DNA of 64,000 nt from a candidate division LCP-89 bacterium B3_LCP (GTDB taxonomy: Bacteria > Electryoneota > B3-LCP). Under the pieces are notes generated by a model. That model was given only the letters and a program-made list of their open reading frames with translations, did not search any database and was not told the DNA's origin. Where the stretch lies: the NCBI GenBank assembly GCA_005223185.1, contig NJBN01000005.1, positions 29,091 to 93,090 of the forward strand, written 5' to 3'. Shown here one piece after another: positions 54,739-64,000 of this stretch. Made by a program: the position numbers and the translations under genes. The first letter of the stretch is position 1. The number at the start of each line of letters is the position of its first letter.

Positions 54739-57132
54739 TTAAGGTGTAAACCGAACGAGTTGAGTCATGGGAGAATCTATATACTGCCCGTCTCTGTACC
54801 CTGGGCGAAATTGGACGCTCTGCAGTACTTGAATTGCATTTTCAGCGAAATCGAAACCATCCGGCGTTTCCCGAAGTACTTCAAAGTAATCAGGTATCCC
54901 TTGCGAGTTCACTGTAAATGTCAAGATGACTTCACCTGCAATGGAAGCTTCCAGCGCAACCGGAGGGTATAGGCGATTCTGGCTGATAGCATCACTTAAC
55001 GCTCTTTCACCACCCATTATTTCGGGCATACCGGAACCGGGGGGCACAGGTTCGAATTCATCGGCTAATTCAACGGTTCCGGTCGTATCCTCCCCTACTT
55101 TCAGACTATCCGGAATTTCGACTGGTGGGGGAGCGACCTTCTTTTTCGCCATAGTTATATATTGCGATTCGGGATACCAAGCGATTAACGAATCGTAGGA
55201 AGCAAAAGCGCCTTCGGCGTCCTCCATAACGTTTTCCATAATCCAGGCGGATGCGTAGAGCGCCTGAGGCGCCAGATCTGAATCGGGCCATTTTTCCGTA
55301 ATGAGAAGGTAAGCATCCACGGCTTCAGACGGTGATTCTTCTTCCAGCCAGAGATTTTCGGCATTTAAATAAGCTTCAGCAACTGTATCTACCGGTTCAG
55401 GCAACGGTTCCAAACCTAAGAGATTTCTCGCCCACCGATCGTATTCGCCTGCGGGGTACTCTTCATGCAGAATGTTGGGAATTGAATCCGACATGGCGGA
55501 ATCGGATGAAGCAAGCTCCTGCAAGTAGTGTAGTGAAAGCAGTGCTTTAGCGCGAAGATCAACATAATCATGCTGCCCGGCTATATCATTGAATATAACA
55601 TTCGCTGAATCAATATCGTCAAACCTGGTCCAGAGGTGTTCTGCTAATCTGAAACGGTAATCGGCGAGTTCCGCTCTGTCCAGGTCGATGCGCTCATAGA
55701 CTTCTGCAGAATCGGTGGGTAATTCTCTGGCGAAAGCCGGAGATGGCATTTGCTGACCAGGTGTCTGCCCAGGTCCAAATTTTCCCTGCGGAAATTGCCC
55801 GGGATACTGAGGATTGTATCCGGGGGGCATAGCGCCTTCAGGCATGGATGATTGAAATCCTGGTTTTGGGGGAATTCCCGGCTGTTCCGGACTATCACCA
55901 CCAGCCTGCTGAACACCTGCGTCTTTCAAGGTATCCAATTGCACTGCTGCTGATGAATCCACCATACTTGAGTCCACCGAAAGGCTGTCACTATTTTCAG
56001 CAATCCACTCCAACCTGTACTCAAGAGTGTCTATATCGGCAGTCAGAGAATCAATACCGGTGATCAGTGTGGTTAGGTACTGTAAATCTATGACTGTTTC
56101 AGAAGCCTCTTCAACAAATTCACTATCGCTCGCCTCACTGCTGACTTTGGCTAGATACTCTTCAGCCTGAGTGAAATCGTTCATACTCATGTATATTTGT
56201 CCCAGACGAAAACTCGCCACTGCGGATGTTTCTGAACGAGGATAGAGTTCGAGAATTCGCTTGTAGATTTCAATGGCTTCTTCTGTTTGTCCCAGCTCAT
56301 TGAGAACACCAGCTTTAGCCAGATAAGCACGATCGTAATAGCTGAAATAGATGTCCTTCTTTAATAGTTTATTGCAAATTTTCAGAGCATCCTGCAGACG
56401 TCCCATCTGTTGTAAAGTTAAGGCGAGTTTATAATTAGCTTCAAAGCGCCGTAACCGGGTCGGTTTTTCATCGGATACCTGCGAATACGCTTGCTCTGCT
56501 TCCTGAAATTCCCCTAATTCATAGTGACATTCACCTTTCTGGTAGAGGATGCTGGCTCGCTCTTTTTTGTCTTTGGTGGCGCCCAGAAGTTTATCATATT
56601 CAGCGAGCGCCTGGTAGTAACTCTCCTGATCGAAAAAGTAGTCCGCCTGAGTTCTGCGGCTTTCCTGACGAACTTCAATTGGCGTTTGTTCATCCAGCCA
56701 GAGGTCATTGAGGAGGGCTATCCCATCATCAGTCCTGCGCATCTTAATCAAGGTTTTTCCTAAATAGAGGCGCGCTTCGTAAGTCAGGGGTGAATCGGGG
56801 TAGTTGGTGAGGAGTTCGTCGAATTTACGCCGCGCCTTGGGATAGGTCATTATGGCATAGTAGGACTTCCCCATCAGAAGTATGGCATCATCGACGTATT
56901 TGCTATCGGGGTAATATTCGATAACTCGCGCAGCAGAGTCAATTGATTTCTGGTAGTTAGCGGTCGATGGTCTTCCGGTAGTGGTGTTTTCGCTGTCCTT
57001 CTCACCTTCCTTGAAGTACTTCTTGGCGTTATAATAAGTATTAAAATAGACACACGACGACAGATTGAACGCTATGAATACATTCAATAATACGACCGTC
57101 AGTATCCTGATATGTTGCCAACGAGAGGTCAT
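54739..57132 (-). CDS. TPR lipoprotein (SprE/BamD-like) fused to a C-terminal TonB domain
   Basis: Lipobox LSSC followed by VYFNTYYNA, many TPRs (YPDSKYVDDA, YPRSE), a P/G/Q-rich insert, and C-terminal YPPVALEASIAGEVILTFTVNSQG...FRPG. Confidence 0.8.
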   Translation of the reverse strand: MTSRWQHIRILTVVLLNVFIAFNLSSCVYFNTYYNAKKYFKEGEKDSENTTTGRPSTANYQKSIDSAARVIEYYPDSKYVDDAILLMGKSYYAIMTYPKARRKFDELLTNYPDSPLTYEARLYLGKTLIKMRRTDDGIALLNDLWLDEQTPIEVRQESRRTQADYFFDQESYYQALAEYDKLLGATKDKKERASILYQKGECHYELGEFQEAEQAYSQVSDEKPTRLRRFEANYKLALTLQQMGRLQDALKICNKLLKKDIYFSYYDRAYLAKAGVLNELGQTEEAIEIYKRILELYPRSETSAVASFRLGQIYMSMNDFTQAEEYLAKVSSEASDSEFVEEASETVIDLQYLTTLITGIDSLTADIDTLEYRLEWIAENSDSLSVDSSMVDSSAAVQLDTLKDAGVQQAGGDSPEQPGIPPKPGFQSSMPEGAMPPGYNPQYPGQFPQGKFGPGQTPGQQMPSPAFARELPTDSAEVYERIDLDRAELADYRFRLAEHLWTRFDDIDSANVIFNDIAGQHDYVDLRAKALLSLHYLQELASSDSAMSDSIPNILHEEYPAGEYDRWARNLLGLEPLPEPVDTVAEAYLNAENLWLEEESPSEAVDAYLLITEKWPDSDLAPQALYASAWIMENVMEDAEGAFASYDSLIAWYPESQYITMAKKKVAPPPVEIPDSLKVGEDTTGTVELADEFEPVPPGSGMPEIMGGERALSDAISQNRLYPPVALEASIAGEVILTFTVNSQGIPDYFEVLRETPDGFDFAENAIQVLQSVQFRPGYRDGQYIDSPMTQLVRFTP

Positions 57133-57143
57133 GCGTAAATGGT

Positions 57144-57908
57144 TTAGTTCTTAGATTTTGTTTCGATCTGCTTGATTTTGTTCACCAAATCAGGCAGCAC
57201 CTGCGCTGAAGAATCCGTGAAGACTGCATCTGCTAATGATGTGATGGGCGTCCTATCTGGATTAATTTCAACCAATAAAGCGCCGCTATCCTTGGCTACA
57301 ACGGGCAATGCCGCAGCAGGATGAACCACTGCTGACGTTCCTATTGAGAGAAACAGGGTAGCCTGTTGCGAATGAAGAAAAGCATCTTCTATTGTCACAT
57401 GATTTAAACCTTCTCCGAACCAGACTACGTCCGGGCGTATCTGTCCCTGACAGTTCAAACAAAGGGGCGGTAACTTATCGAAGTCCAGGGTATCATCCGG
57501 ATAGCGTTCAGAACATGAATTGCACCTGTTCAGGAAGATGTTTCCATGCAGTTCAATAGGATTTTTATGACCGGCGCGGCGGTGCAGGCCATCCACGTTC
57601 TGGGTTATTAAGATAAAACGATCCTTTAGCACTTTTTCCAATTCCACCAGCGCGTCATGCCCGGCGTTTGGGTTCGATTGTGCTATTATCTGTCTCCTGT
57701 ACAGATACCATTCCCAAACCATTTGAGGATTACTGGCGAAAGCCTGCGGTGTGGCTAATTCTTCCGGTCTGTGTTGCCGCCACATTCCTCCTTCCCCACG
57801 GAAGGTCGGCACGCCTGATTCTGCTGATATACCGGCACCAGTTAAGGCAACTACCTTCCTGAGATGGTCAGCGGAGATATCAAACGAATCTATTTCAGTT
57901 AAATCCAT
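57144..57908 (-). CDS. cobB: NAD-dependent protein deacylase (class III sirtuin)
   Basis: GAGISAESGVPTFRG, TQNVDGLH, ELHG, CxxC/CxxC zinc site, RPDVVWFGE, GTS; the WYLYRR (YxxR) motif suggests desuccinylase activity. Start set at ATG 57908. Confidence 0.93.
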   Translation of the reverse strand: MDLTEIDSFDISADHLRKVVALTGAGISAESGVPTFRGEGGMWRQHRPEELATPQAFASNPQMVWEWYLYRRQIIAQSNPNAGHDALVELEKVLKDRFILITQNVDGLHRRAGHKNPIELHGNIFLNRCNSCSERYPDDTLDFDKLPPLCLNCQGQIRPDVVWFGEGLNHVTIEDAFLHSQQATLFLSIGTSAVVHPAAALPVVAKDSGALLVEINPDRTPITSLADAVFTDSSAQVLPDLVNKIKQIETKSKN

Positions 57909-57910
57909 AC

Positions 57911-57939
57911 TTGACAAACGATGTTTTTTTTCATATATT
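57911..57939 (+). promoter_or_regulatory. Sigma70 promoter of rpsT
   Basis: TTGACA-N17-TATATT, 27 nt upstream of the ATG. Confidence 0.8.
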
Positions 57940-57966
57940 TAAAGTTCACTTAATTTCGGAGAGTAC

Positions 57967-58263
57967 ATGCCACAACATAAATCCTGTAAGAAACGCGTAA
58001 AAACCAGCGCTATATCAAGGGAAAGCAATCGAACATATCGGTCTCAGGTTAAGACGTTAGTACGCCAAATCAAAGAAGCCAAAGACCCTGAATCAACACA
58101 AGCGAGCCTGCGCCAGGCAATATCTCATTTAGATCGTTTAGCGCAGAAGGGCATCGTGCACAAAAATAAGGCTGCCAACCAGAAATCCAAGTTATCTAAG
58201 TTAGCCAATAAGATGACTCAGGTGTCAAACCACTCAAGGGTCCTTACGGACGAGGGCGTTTAA
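57967..58263 (+). CDS. rpsT: 30S ribosomal protein S20
   Basis: MPQHKSCKKRVK...N..YRSQVKT, LDRLAQKGIVHKNKAANQKSKL. Confidence 0.96.
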   Translation: MPQHKSCKKRVKTSAISRESNRTYRSQVKTLVRQIKEAKDPESTQASLRQAISHLDRLAQKGIVHKNKAANQKSKLSKLANKMTQVSNHSRVLTDEGV

Positions 58264-58289
58264 CACCACAGTACTATAACCAGAGACAT

Positions 58290-59789
<1,500 letters not shown>

Positions 59790-59888
59790 TTAAGTCTATT
59801 TAATCCGTTATACCTTAAACGAATGGTGATGTTCCGAACCTTAGGCTGATCTTTGCACTTTAAGTCATCAAAAATAATGCACGATAAT

Positions 59889-60497
59889 CTAAGTTTTCCC
59901 AACAGCTTCAATTTTGCGAACGCGGCGCTCATGCCTACCACCGGAGAAAGGCTCAGAAAGAAATACTTCCAGAATTTCCCAGGCTGTTTCGGGCGTCAAA
60001 ATCTTCCCACCGAAGGTGATCACATTAGCGTCGTTATGGCTTCTGGCACTACGAGCGACGTCCACGTTCCAGCACGGAGCAGCGCGAATCCCCTTAACCT
60101 TATTAGCTACGATACAAGAGGCGATGCCTATGGTGTCAATCATCACGCCGCGATCGGATTTTCCTTCCGTCACATGATCCGCAACGGCTAAAGCGATATC
60201 AGGATAGTCAACTGATTGCTCGTCATGTGTCCCCAAATCAAATAGTGTGTAACCAGCAGTTTCAAGCCGGGAAATGAGTGCTTGTTTCAAAGTGAAACCA
60301 CCATGGTCAGCACCGATAGCTACTCGCTTTACTTTCTGGGACGCTGGATGATATTGACTACTCTCACGGATAAGCTTCAGATCATATTGATTCACGAGAT
60401 CCTGGGCAGCAGGCGTTAAGCGTTCATCTGTCAGAAAAATGATCTTTTCACCGAGCTTGATGCGCGCTAAAAGAGTTCTTTCATCTATAATCTTCAA
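59889..60497 (-). CDS. rpiB: RpiB/LacA/LacB-family sugar-phosphate isomerase with N-terminal extension
   Basis: AIGADHGG, DYPD, ANKVKGIRAA, HNDANV, GGRHERRV; about 55 extra N-terminal residues; the usual catalytic Cys position reads Asp. Confidence 0.82.
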   Translation of the reverse strand: MKIIDERTLLARIKLGEKIIFLTDERLTPAAQDLVNQYDLKLIRESSQYHPASQKVKRVAIGADHGGFTLKQALISRLETAGYTLFDLGTHDEQSVDYPDIALAVADHVTEGKSDRGVMIDTIGIASCIVANKVKGIRAAPCWNVDVARSARSHNDANVITFGGKILTPETAWEILEVFLSEPFSGGRHERRVRKIEAVGKT

Positions 60498-60501
60498 ATG
60501 T

Positions 60502-63027
60502 TTATCCTCCTTTGAATAGCTGTATAAAGTAACCGGTATAGTACAAAGTCTGTTTGGTGAACTGCAGAGAGATGATATACAGCAATATTAAACTCATGGG
60601 CAAGACCAAACCGATGATAACGGGACGTACAAAATTACGGCGAAAACAGACATTTATTGCACTAAGCAGTCGCAAATATGACCACAGTACCATCCACAAG
60701 GCGATTATAAGGATAATCCACTTAAGGACAACCACGTTTTCCAGGCGAATGTAGAATGAAGAGATAGGCAGAACCAGGAGCATGGGTACTCCCGCCCAGA
60801 AAATGAGGTGCAATGATTGAATCACAGTAATGCGGTTCTGGTACGGAGGGCTGAACAATCTGACCATAACGGCTCCGCCGAACAATAGGGCTAAAATAAC
60901 AACAGTATTCAATAAAACACCATAGAAGGGCTGCCACAACGCTGAACGGAAAATGATGCTAAACAAATCAACAGGGATAAGATGTTCCATCAGCGCGCTT
61001 AATCCATAATTAGCTCTCAATTCGTAAGATAACGATGCGCTCAGGTTGCCCAGACCGATTCCGGCAAAAATGAGAATAAACAGCGTCTCAGTTCCCTGCA
61101 AAAAGCGGCGGTCTCTTATATCGCTGAAAAATCCTAATGAGTGACTAAAAGAGCGGTGCAAATTCTGTCTTAACAACTTATCTGAACGCATCATCCACAG
61201 ACCAATGGCACTAAACAACAGACCAACGCTTAAGAACTGCCAGGGGAGTTCTTCCCTTTCAGATGGAGGCAAACTTACAGGTTCGATGACAGGTGATTTA
61301 ATACTCTGGCTTAACTGGTAAAATATATCCTTAGGTTTGCGTGAAGAAAAAACCAAACCTTCGGTATGCTGATAAGGACCTATGTTTAGAGGATTAGTGA
61401 GTATTGGTCTACTGCTATGCCAATCGTTGAAACAGCTCAAGAAGAAAGGTTCTTCATTCTTCACTAATGAGGTGACTTGTTTATTGACATTATTGCCACT
61501 ACCGCGACTCTTTTCAAAGGCGGGAATTTCAGGGATGGAAACAGTGGAAATACCCTCCCCCTCGGAGGGAATCATTATGGTGAACTCAGGGTCTCTTTCA
61601 GGTGTACCGATAGTATGAACATAGTAGGGAATCTGTGATGGCAGCTCTTCGATCCAGGAGGTGATAATTCCGCCTTCAGTGATTACCTCCGGTTCTAAAT
61701 TTGATCCCCACCCCAGCGCGAGAATGCAGGGGTGCTCATCTGCTAAAGATTGCATTTCAAGCATACTCGAAAAAGCAGCCCGTTTCACGTCACTCTTTAA
61801 TAACATTTTGTTTGAGACGCCAAAAAGTGGGATTTCGACAAATAGACCTATCCCTAAAGAATCGCAGAGGTGGAGAAAATAAGGATGCGGAGGGGAAAAA
61901 GCGTTTCTCACAACCGTAGCGCCCAATTCCTGCAGCAATTCAATGTCTTGTGATAACTGCCTTTTTGAGGGCGATACGCCGCTTTGAGGCCATTGTGCAA
62001 TTCTGCTTATGCCGATAAATGGTTGGGGCCAGCTAACGGGAAAACCGTTTTCGACCTTGTTGAGATCGCGCAAGGCAAACTTATTATTAATTTCGTCTAA
62101 AGGAACATTCCCGCGTGTTAATCGAGATTTGATGCGATAAAACGATGGATTTTCAGACTTCCAGGCTTTAGGGCTGGGAATCGAGAAGGAAGATTCTTCA
62201 TTGTAAACAGCTCCTGATTCCTCCGCCTCGAAAGTACAGGTCCTATCGGCAAGGTGTTTTCCAGACTGGTCGAACAGTTCCAGTGTTAATTCTACCGGTC
62301 CTCTTTCTGGATTATACTCAAAATCGATCAGACATTGAACGATTGCGCTTGTCTCGCTGACATTGTTCTCACTTAATTTTACGGACAGAACCCTTTCAGG
62401 CGGCAAGGCTTGAAGAAAGATCGCACGGGTCATTCCCCCGAAATTCTGGGGGGCAAACAGGGATGACTTAAGGGGAAGTTCATTCAACGGCAACTTGCGG
62501 TTATCAACTTCGACGACCAGTTCATTAACCGCGTCGAAACGGATTAATCTCTCATCGATAGGGATATCGAAAGGTACCTGACCGCCATCAAATGAACCAA
62601 TTAAAGCATCATTCAGTTTGAAAATTGCTCTATGCTGAACGCCAAATACCTTTATTACAAGAGATTTTCCCGCCCACTCCTGGGAAATTTTTATTTTCCG
62701 TTTAAAAGCAACCATGCCATCATAACCGATGAAACAGGAAGGCACATTTATAGGACCCACATCATTTCCGGCTCGAAACCACCATTCACCACAGAGATTC
62801 AGCACGGGCGCAACGTCCAGGGAACGTTCAGGATGGTAATCCGACCATTTCAGGTTTTCAGGTGAGAGGAAAAAGCTCAGATCAGCGCTTGCTGCAGTAG
62901 AAGCGAGTAAACCGGTTAATACGGATAAATACAGACACCAGGTATACCACTTTAGATGGCGGCTGGAGCGCTTTTTCAATTTGTTTTTAATCAAGTTAAA
63001 CATCACCCGCTTTCTCTGGTCAGCCAA
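60502..63027 (-). CDS. GH2-like (beta-galactosidase/glucuronidase fold) protein with a C-terminal multi-TM domain
   Basis: Sugar-binding domain (VFGVQHRA, NELVVEVDN, FGGMTR), TIM barrel (DIELLQELGATVVR, LCDSLGI, GLVFSSRKPK), about six C-terminal TM helices. Alternative start at ATG 63003. Confidence 0.75.
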   Translation of the reverse strand: MADQRKRVMFNLIKNKLKKRSSRHLKWYTWCLYLSVLTGLLASTAASADLSFFLSPENLKWSDYHPERSLDVAPVLNLCGEWWFRAGNDVGPINVPSCFIGYDGMVAFKRKIKISQEWAGKSLVIKVFGVQHRAIFKLNDALIGSFDGGQVPFDIPIDERLIRFDAVNELVVEVDNRKLPLNELPLKSSLFAPQNFGGMTRAIFLQALPPERVLSVKLSENNVSETSAIVQCLIDFEYNPERGPVELTLELFDQSGKHLADRTCTFEAEESGAVYNEESSFSIPSPKAWKSENPSFYRIKSRLTRGNVPLDEINNKFALRDLNKVENGFPVSWPQPFIGISRIAQWPQSGVSPSKRQLSQDIELLQELGATVVRNAFSPPHPYFLHLCDSLGIGLFVEIPLFGVSNKMLLKSDVKRAAFSSMLEMQSLADEHPCILALGWGSNLEPEVITEGGIITSWIEELPSQIPYYVHTIGTPERDPEFTIMIPSEGEGISTVSIPEIPAFEKSRGSGNNVNKQVTSLVKNEEPFFLSCFNDWHSSRPILTNPLNIGPYQHTEGLVFSSRKPKDIFYQLSQSIKSPVIEPVSLPPSEREELPWQFLSVGLLFSAIGLWMMRSDKLLRQNLHRSFSHSLGFFSDIRDRRFLQGTETLFILIFAGIGLGNLSASLSYELRANYGLSALMEHLIPVDLFSIIFRSALWQPFYGVLLNTVVILALLFGGAVMVRLFSPPYQNRITVIQSLHLIFWAGVPMLLVLPISSFYIRLENVVVLKWIILIIALWMVLWSYLRLLSAINVCFRRNFVRPVIIGLVLPMSLILLYIISLQFTKQTLYYTGYFIQLFKGG

Positions 63028-63041
63028 TCAGCAGACAAAAG

Positions 63042-63070
63042 AATATAGTGAATCCGACCGATAAAAGCAA
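63042..63070 (-). promoter_or_regulatory. Putative sigma70 promoter for the GH2-rpiB unit
   Basis: Minus strand TTGCTT-N17-TATATT. Confidence 0.55.
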
Positions 63071-63140
63071 ACGAAACTGAGTGCGAAGTGTTGTTGAAAC
63101 TTGATGGATCATTCCTCAAACAGGAATTAATGGATAGAGC

Positions 63141-63169
63141 TTGATATTCTTAGCGATATTGGTTATTTT
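63141..63169 (+). promoter_or_regulatory. Putative sigma70 promoter for the nhaC-like gene
   Basis: TTGATA-N17-TATTTT, 32 nt upstream of the ATG. Confidence 0.5.
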
Positions 63170-63201
63170 GGTGGTGAAAGACCAATTCAAGAAAACTTCA
63201 T

Positions 63202-64000
63202 ATGTTTAACTTCCGGCTAATTTTAGCGATCATCATCTGCTTAGCAGCGGTAATTACGCTGATTGGATCACCAACGGGATCTGAGGATTTCGGGTTTCGG
63301 TCCATTCTGCCTCCGCTACTGGCGATATTGTTAGCGTTAATAAGCCGTGAAGTCATTCTGGCACTCGTAGGGGGAATCTGGTTAGGGGCGTCATTTTTGG
63401 CTGATGGCAACTTAATCGCTGGACTGCTGCGTACGCTGGACACTCACTTAGTGGGAGCGTTGGCGAATGAGGATCACGCATTCATACTACTCTTCAGCTT
63501 GACTTTAGGAGGGATGGTCGGTATCATCGGGGCATCTGGCGGGGCGGCTGGCATAGTACTCAGGATAGGCAAATGGGCAAAGAGTGCCAGATCCGGTCAG
63601 ATTGCCGCCTGGGCTATGGGAATGTTCATCTTCTTCGATGACTATGCGAACACCTTAATCGTGGGCAACACTTTCCGGCCGCTGTGTGACAAGCTCCGCA
63701 TCAGTCGGGAGAAATTGAGCTTCATCGTAGATTCGACCGCGGCGCCGATTGCATCTATCGCTCTGATTTCCACCTGGATAGGTTTTGAAGTCGGACTGAT
63801 CTCAGATAGTCTCCTGCCTTCCGGCGCCATAAGCGGATCCAATCAGGCTTACGGCATATTTATAGAGACGATTCCCTACCGCTTCTATCCCATCTTTCTG
63901 CTGTTATTAGTCTTTATGGTGGGTTTCTGGAACCGTGATTTCGGCTCCATGTTAACCGCCGAACGGCGCTGCCGGAAAACCGGACAAGTGCAGTCCGACA
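63202..64000 (+). CDS. Na+/H+ antiporter NhaC-family protein (partial, runs off the right edge)
   Basis: Not in the ORF track. Hand translation: SILPPLLAILLAL...IFFDDYANTLIVG...R.SREKLSFIVDSTAAPIA...IPYRFY. Confidence 0.88.
   Translation, partial: MFNFRLILAIIICLAAVITLIGSPTGSEDFGFRSILPPLLAILLALISREVILALVGGIWLGASFLADGNLIAGLLRTLDTHLVGALANEDHAFILLFSLTLGGMVGIIGASGGAAGIVLRIGKWAKSARSGQIAAWAMGMFIFFDDYANTLIVGNTFRPLCDKLRISREKLSFIVDSTAAPIASIALISTWIGFEVGLISDSLLPSGAISGSNQAYGIFIETIPYRFYPIFLLLLVFMVGFWNRDFGSMLTAERRCRKTGQVQSD

Overview
Gene-dense 64 kb chromosomal segment of a diderm bacterium. The gene mix (GWxTD protein, SprE-like TPR lipoprotein, flgH/flgI) suggests an FCB-superphylum-like lineage; this is inference only. 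I call 62 CDS, 60 of them on the minus strand; only rpsT and a partial NhaC-family antiporter are on plus. Left arm (1-21 kb): housekeeping genes (GWxTD protein, smc, tatAC, purQS/pssA/psd/purCB, htrA, transaldolase, truA, orphan ecfT, NYN nuclease, a DsbD-cupin-Trx-TlpA thiol relay, SPOR protein, mutS). Centre (21-44 kb): a flagellar cluster (flgFGAHIJNK, a lone receiver protein, flgL, a six-glycosyltransferase island, fliT-like, fliC, fliD, fliS, flgM) with recognisable sigma54, sigma28 and sigma70 promoters. Right arm (44-64 kb): GT2, yraN, rnhB, comEC, menG/ubiE, cdsA, rlpA, a pyrK/pyrD pair split by an RlmN-like radical SAM plus CxxC-less TrxB-like cassette, a TPR-TonB fusion, cobB, rpsT, guaB, an atypical RpiB, a probably inactive membrane-anchored GH2 and nhaC. 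I saw no rRNA, tRNA, CRISPR array, transposase or integrase. Best candidates for novelty: (1) the flagellar glycosylation island, with three extended GT9 heptosyltransferase-like enzymes, a Maf-N/CgeB fusion, a GT-TPR protein and a ThiS-like helical protein; (2) the radical SAM/flavoreductase cassette inside pyrK-pyrD; (3) a tandem-domain FlgM; (4) an in-frame palindromic repeat in a signal peptide; (5) the TPR-TonB fusion; (6) a GH2 pseudoenzyme. All family assignments come from motif recognition by eye; no database searches were run.
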